From: a virus
Taxonomy: Duplodnaviria > Caudoviricetes
Strand: one strand, 5' to 3'
Length of the DNA: 53,702 nucleotides
IMG/VR virus record: IMGVR_UViG_3300033153_001952
Coordinates: 1 to 53,702 of that record
Positions within the stretch are counted from its first letter, which is position 1. Each line of letters opens with the position of its first letter. The position numbers were made by a program, and so were the translations under genes. Below the pieces are notes generated by a model. That model made no database searches. It saw only the letters and a program-made list of their open reading frames with translations, and was not told where the DNA came from. Positions 49,846 through 53,702 of the stretch are shown here, one piece after another.

Positions 49846-50368
49846 CTACATAACTCCTGTAAATATCTAAAATTGTTTCTGGTGCAAACTTATCAGCTTT
49901 CACTGTATAGAAACCACCGTATCTATTTGTCAATAGAGCCTTCATATCCGCGTCTATAGCTAGAGCCTCTTCTTCTGTCTGCATACGCCCGACAGGGTTA
50001 TAAGGTTTAACTCTTTCTAGCAAGATATTAATATTACTGTAGGTATCAAATGTATCTGACACATAAGGCCTAAATGTGTCTAACTGTGCATAGTCACCAT
50101 AGTAAGCATAGAGTGCTGCTAGTGGTAAAGGAGAATCAGTTACACATACATCAACCTTATCTTTCAATATCTGCAAACTGTGGTTCTGTTTAGCAAACAC
50201 ATATCCGGGCTCATCTAACATTGAGGTGCGTCCTGACCATACCAAATACTTAGCATACTCAGTTACCAACTCACTCTCGTATCCGCAGAGCTTCAATAAA
50301 TGAAACACACCCGCAGCTGTTGTTGACTTACCTGTTCCCGGCCCTCCATAAAGATTAAGTACCTTCAT
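49838..50368 (-). CDS. P-loop kinase (AAA_28/NadR-like)
   Basis: GGPGTGKST, TEYAK, TDSPL, GRMQ. Confidence 0.8.
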   Translation of the reverse strand: MKVLNLYGGPGTGKSTTAAGVFHLLKLCGYESELVTEYAKYLVWSGRTSMLDEPGYVFAKQNHSLQILKDKVDVCVTDSPLPLAALYAYYGDYAQLDTFRPYVSDTFDTYSNINILLERVKPYNPVGRMQTEEEALAIDADMKALLTNRYGGFYTVKADKFAPETILDIYRSYVDA

Positions 50369-51030
50369 GTCAAGATCGCGTAAATAATCACAACAGGTAT
50401 TGATAGGAACCACAGCCTAGATAATACCTTATCCACTATACTAGGCACTTTCCACTTCGTAGTTAGAACTATGAATACCCAAGCCCAGAACACTACAGTC
50501 CATACCCAGAACACATCTATCCAATCAATCATCCTCAAACACCTCATCATCTATATAATTGAGTGGGTTATATCCTGATATGGTTGTCCCTAGCAGGTCA
50601 GCCAGCTTAGTAATGAACTCATCATCCTCAGATAACACTTCAAAGTCCTTAGCGCTTAGTGTACCGTATACCTCTGAATGCTTACCCAGAATCTCTCCGA
50701 AATAAACCTCCCTACCCAAGCTACCTGCAACGTCATCACTGTCAGCTACAAACAGTCCCTCTACTTCACCCTGTCTTCCATAGTCCCAGAAGAATCTGTA
50801 TAATCGTTTGCTCATCGTATTTTATAAGAGAAACTAATCTCCACCTCGCTGTTATCTATTGTCCGGTAACTATTCTCCATGTACTTTGACACAGATACTT
50901 TAGCTACAAAACCATCGCATTCAATTACCGTCTGTTTGAGCTCTATGTACTGAGACTCACCTTGTCCTCGCAAACCGTCAGATGCAGACATAGCTCCAAT
51001 TAGGTACAGAGCTGTCATTGTATTACACAT
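50365..51030 (-). CDS. Three hypothetical proteins (50365-~50528 membrane, 50525-50815, 50812-51030)
   Basis: ATGA-coupled ORFs. Confidence 0.5.
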
Positions 51031-51125
51031 AACACTCCCTTTAGTAGTAATGCTTTACTAGTACCAATATAGTACCAGCAGCAAAACATAAACTACCCAC
51101 CAAATAAAACCAGTACGGTAGCATA

Positions 51126-51491
51126 CTATTTACCCCTCTCAGAGTTAGTCTTAATCTGGTGACATGGTTTACAAAGTACCTGAAAACCGTCTTCGGGAGT
51201 TAATCTCTCCAAAAACTCTTTCAAATCATCGCCACACTTTAACGAGCCAACTGGAGTTATGTGGTCAATCTGTACTTCTTTATCCATAAACCACTCTTCG
51301 CAATGATTACACTGATACTCAAACTTCTGCCTTTTATTCGGCCCTTTGTATGGCCGCTTAGCTTCTTGCTTGCAATGTGTTGCTGGTTTCCAATATCTGA
51401 AATGTCTGCGTAATGCGGATCTCACTGAGCCCCAATATGCAGCTTCAGACATCGTACCTTTATTGCGTGTCTTCTCTACACGTCTACCCAT
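51126..51491 (-). CDS. HNH endonuclease
   Basis: CNHC...QIDHITP...QVLCKPCH. Confidence 0.85.
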   Translation of the reverse strand: MGRRVEKTRNKGTMSEAAYWGSVRSALRRHFRYWKPATHCKQEAKRPYKGPNKRQKFEYQCNHCEEWFMDKEVQIDHITPVGSLKCGDDLKEFLERLTPEDGFQVLCKPCHQIKTNSERGK

Positions 51492-51706
51492 TAGTAAACC
51501 ACCTCTAACTTAACTTCGTCAGTAAGTCGGTCTTTAGACATACTCCAACCATGCTCTGAAATGAGCGCTAGTCTACTATTGCCTGTTAACCTAGCAAGAG
51601 CTATAGCCATATCCTTTAGAATGTCTTCAGCGCCCTTACAGAAGCCTTTGTTACGCTCTGCAACCAAGTGTGCTGACACTCGCATACTCTCATTAGTTAC
51701 TGGCAC
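51491..51706 (-). CDS. Hypothetical protein
   Basis: GGAGG RBS. Confidence 0.5.
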   Translation of the reverse strand: MPVTNESMRVSAHLVAERNKGFCKGAEDILKDMAIALARLTGNSRLALISEHGWSMSKDRLTDEVKLEVVY

Positions 51707-52677
51707 TAGGAACCTCCCACATCTTGTAACTACTATCTTCGTTATACTCTCTAACCATCCACAATAAAATAGCGTTCTCCTTTAATTGCGGTACAGCGAT
51801 CTTCAGTGCATTATCTGCATCTGGGTATAGAGCTACATATTGAGCCAATACAGCTTCATACATTTCAAACTCAGTGTTACAGTCAGCTAACACTTCAATA
51901 GCTTTAGCTGGGCCTACACCTACACGCCTGACTCTCCACTGCCCCTTCTTCTTTCCTGACTTATACTCACCACCTACTTTAAGCCCACACCCTACGATAT
52001 TATCAGTGTCATCTCCGGTTAGTAGTTGCTTGTAGAAGTTATAGATAGCTTCTTCCTCTGATATCCAAACAACACCTGCATCTGGATACTGCCAGTTAAA
52101 GTGCAAGCCAGCAGAGTTCTTCAGGTCTTTATCCTTAGTTGCTATGATTGTCTTAGCTGTTTTATCAGTCTTCACTATATAAGTCCTCATACTGAGCAAT
52201 ACTCAGCATATCGTCAGCCTCTGCACCCTCAATAATCTCTGCACCCCATTCACTTACTAAGTGGTCACGGATAACTTGATGATGTATTGGCTTAGCAGAA
52301 GTACGGTTACCTTTGTATGGGACTATTGTTGCAACGTCTATACGGTAGTTACCATCACCTGTTAGGAATCCTCTATGGAATTGAGCGTTTGTTTTAAATA
52401 TCAATCCATTAATGAAAACATCTACGGCAGCTAGACATAGCTCTACCTTATCTGGGATTATCTTAGTATCATACTCTTCGTTTACGATTACTTTATGAGT
52501 TTTTGGATAGGCTTCATAGAGGGACTTCTTTGATTTATAATCGACACCTTTATACGAATAAATAGTGGACTGTGCTGCAAAACCAAGCTGGTATGCAATC
52601 ACGTCCATATCAATTAGTAGTGTGATGCCTGAGTTACATTTTACTGGTTCATTGTTGAACGTAAAACTCAGTGACAT
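51693..52677 (-). CDS. 5'-3' exonuclease (T7 gp6/FEN-like), split across two frames near 52175
   Basis: N-half LIDMD, YKGNR, EADD; C-half DKDL, GDDTDNIVG, GVGPAKA. Confidence 0.85.
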
Positions 52678-52693
52678 ATTACACTTCCTTAAA

Positions 52694-52930
52694 TTACATA
52701 AAACCTAGTTGCTTAACCTCGTCAATAACATCTGATGCTTTCTCAGCAGCTTCCTCAGCAGCATAGATATCATAAGCAGCTTTGACACGAGCATTAAAAT
52801 CAACTGCTGCCATATCGAACCCTTCCTTGACATCCTCTCCTAGCATCTTACGGAAATCTTGCTCTGCTCTAACTCGTGCCATAGAGTCTACACCCTTCTG
52901 CACTTGTTCTTTAAATGCTTCTTTGTTCAT
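52694..52930 (-). CDS. Small helical protein, possibly T4 DsbA-like DNA-binding
   Basis: AGGAG RBS; weak pattern similarity only. Confidence 0.45.
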   Translation of the reverse strand: MNKEAFKEQVQKGVDSMARVRAEQDFRKMLGEDVKEGFDMAAVDFNARVKAAYDIYAAEEAAEKASDVIDEVKQLGFM

Positions 52931-52964
52931 ACATTCTCCTAGTGTTATGTAATGGCTATACCGA

Positions 52965-53084
52965 TGTGTGACGCAATGGGACTCGAACCCATGACCAGCA
53001 GGTTCTCAGCAACTTTAAGATAGGATATCTCCTACCAGCTATTACTGAGTTTACCTGTTGCTCTTCCAACTGAGCTACACGCCT
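52965..53084 (-). ncRNA. tRNA-like RNA with a 44-nt insertion in the anticodon loop
   Basis: D arm GCTC-AGTTGGAA-GAGC, T arm ATGGG-TTCGAGT-CCCAT, 51-nt anticodon loop region. Confidence 0.75.
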
Positions 53085-53140
53085 CGCCTCTATCTAGAAT
53101 GAGACTTGTTACACATCTATATAACCACTACTGTTTAAAT

Positions 53141-53224
53141 CGGTGCGAAAATAGATTAGAATCCGTATAGAAAGAGGAGACACCCTCTGATCTACTTTGA
53201 CATGGACTTTCACCTATTCTCGCA
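53141..53224 (-). ncRNA. Rod-like RNA with acceptor-like terminal stem
   Basis: 13-bp stem TGCGAGAATAGGT/ATCTATTTTCGCA, nested helices, ACCG end. Confidence 0.6.
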
Positions 53225-53228
53225 TGTT

Positions 53229-53342
53229 TGGCAGATAGTGATGGATTCTCACCACCGAGTAGCCTCATTGGCCGAGACTAGCATAAGTTCAGCTCGTGTG
53301 TACACACTCTCTTTTTGGTCGCTTACTTCCTGCTTACTATCT
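53229..53342 (-). ncRNA. CCA-ended tRNA-like RNA lacking a canonical D/anticodon arm
   Basis: Acceptor AGATAGT/ACTATCT + GCCA; T-like arm GGTGG-TGAGAAT-CCATC. Confidence 0.7.
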
Positions 53343-53348
53343 ATTGTC

Positions 53349-53475
53349 CGGTGCGGATGGCAGGGCTCGAACCTACACTCTCTTAATAGAACCGTTTTCG
53401 CCCTACCTCGCATTGAATAAGCAATACTTAGTAGTTAGCTACTCACAGCGTGTCTACCAATTCCACCACATCCGC
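53349..53475 (-). ncRNA. tRNA-Leu-like RNA with expanded anticodon region
   Basis: GCGGATGTGGTGGAATTGGTAGACAC 5' half, GTAGG-TTCGAGC-CCTGC-CATCCGC-A 3' half, 47-nt loop region. Confidence 0.78.
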
Positions 53476-53480
53476 ATTAT

Positions 53481-53557
53481 TGGTTCCCCCGACTGGATTC
53501 AAACCAGTGACCCGCACCTTAGAAGGGTGCTGCTCTATTCAGCTGAGCTACAGGGGA
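53481..53557 (-). tRNA. tRNA-Arg(TCT)
   Basis: Cloverleaf; GCACC-CTTCTAA-GGTGC; encoded CCA. Confidence 0.92.
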
Positions 53558-53702
53558 ATTGTCTAGTTACTCGTCAAGCATTGCTTGAAGGTCTGCAATA
53601 TCTGTATCCTCAAGTGCAGCATCCTGCTTCGTAGCAATGATGGAGCGGATACGATCTTTGCGTTGCTTAGTCACTGCGGCCTTCTCTGCCTTCTCAGCAG
53701 CT

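Noticed and set aside
53385-53450. Hammerhead-like CTGTGAG...CGAAA within the Leu-like RNA insert
   Set aside because: The core lacks a base of CUGANGA and no convincing stem I/III with a UH site was found; likely chance.
53202-53634. Plus-strand ORFs 53202-53420 and 53296-53634
   Set aside because: They are antisense shadows of the tRNA and tRNA-like array.
1-53702. Stop-codon reassignment or suppressor tRNA
   Set aside because: Long genes are intact in the standard code, all three stops are used, and no CTA/TCA-anticodon tRNA was found.

Overview
Fragment of a lytic-looking, long-tailed dsDNA phage (siphovirus morphotype). The Rz/Rz1 spanin pair points to a Gram-negative host. No integrase or repressor is visible in the window. 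Layout: (i) 1-5.4 kb, + strand early/accessory ORFs (Dam-type methyltransferase, YopX, RlmN-like radical SAM enzyme, SleB-like hydrolase); (ii) 5.4-11.2 kb, - strand block with an HslV/proteasome-beta-like peptidase and an RNA-repair triad (nucleotidyltransferase, RNA ligase, polynucleotide kinase/phosphatase); (iii) 11.3-40.3 kb, + strand virion, packaging and lysis genes, interrupted by an antisense DNA ligase and two tRNAs; (iv) 40.3-53.7 kb, - strand nucleotide/NAD metabolism (Prs-like + deoxyribosyltransferase-like + NAMPT-like, split class II ribonucleotide reductase, MazG-like, phosphoesterase, kinase, HNH, exonuclease), with an RNA cluster at the right end. Most notable: a tightly packed array of one normal tRNA-Arg followed by four tRNA-like RNAs whose anticodon regions are expanded or replaced by hairpins; an RlmN-like enzyme lacking the resolving cysteine; and a NARP1-like NAD-reconstitution operon with an extra N-glycosidase-fold gene inserted. 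All calls come from manual motif recognition and hand pairing; no searches or folding programs were run.
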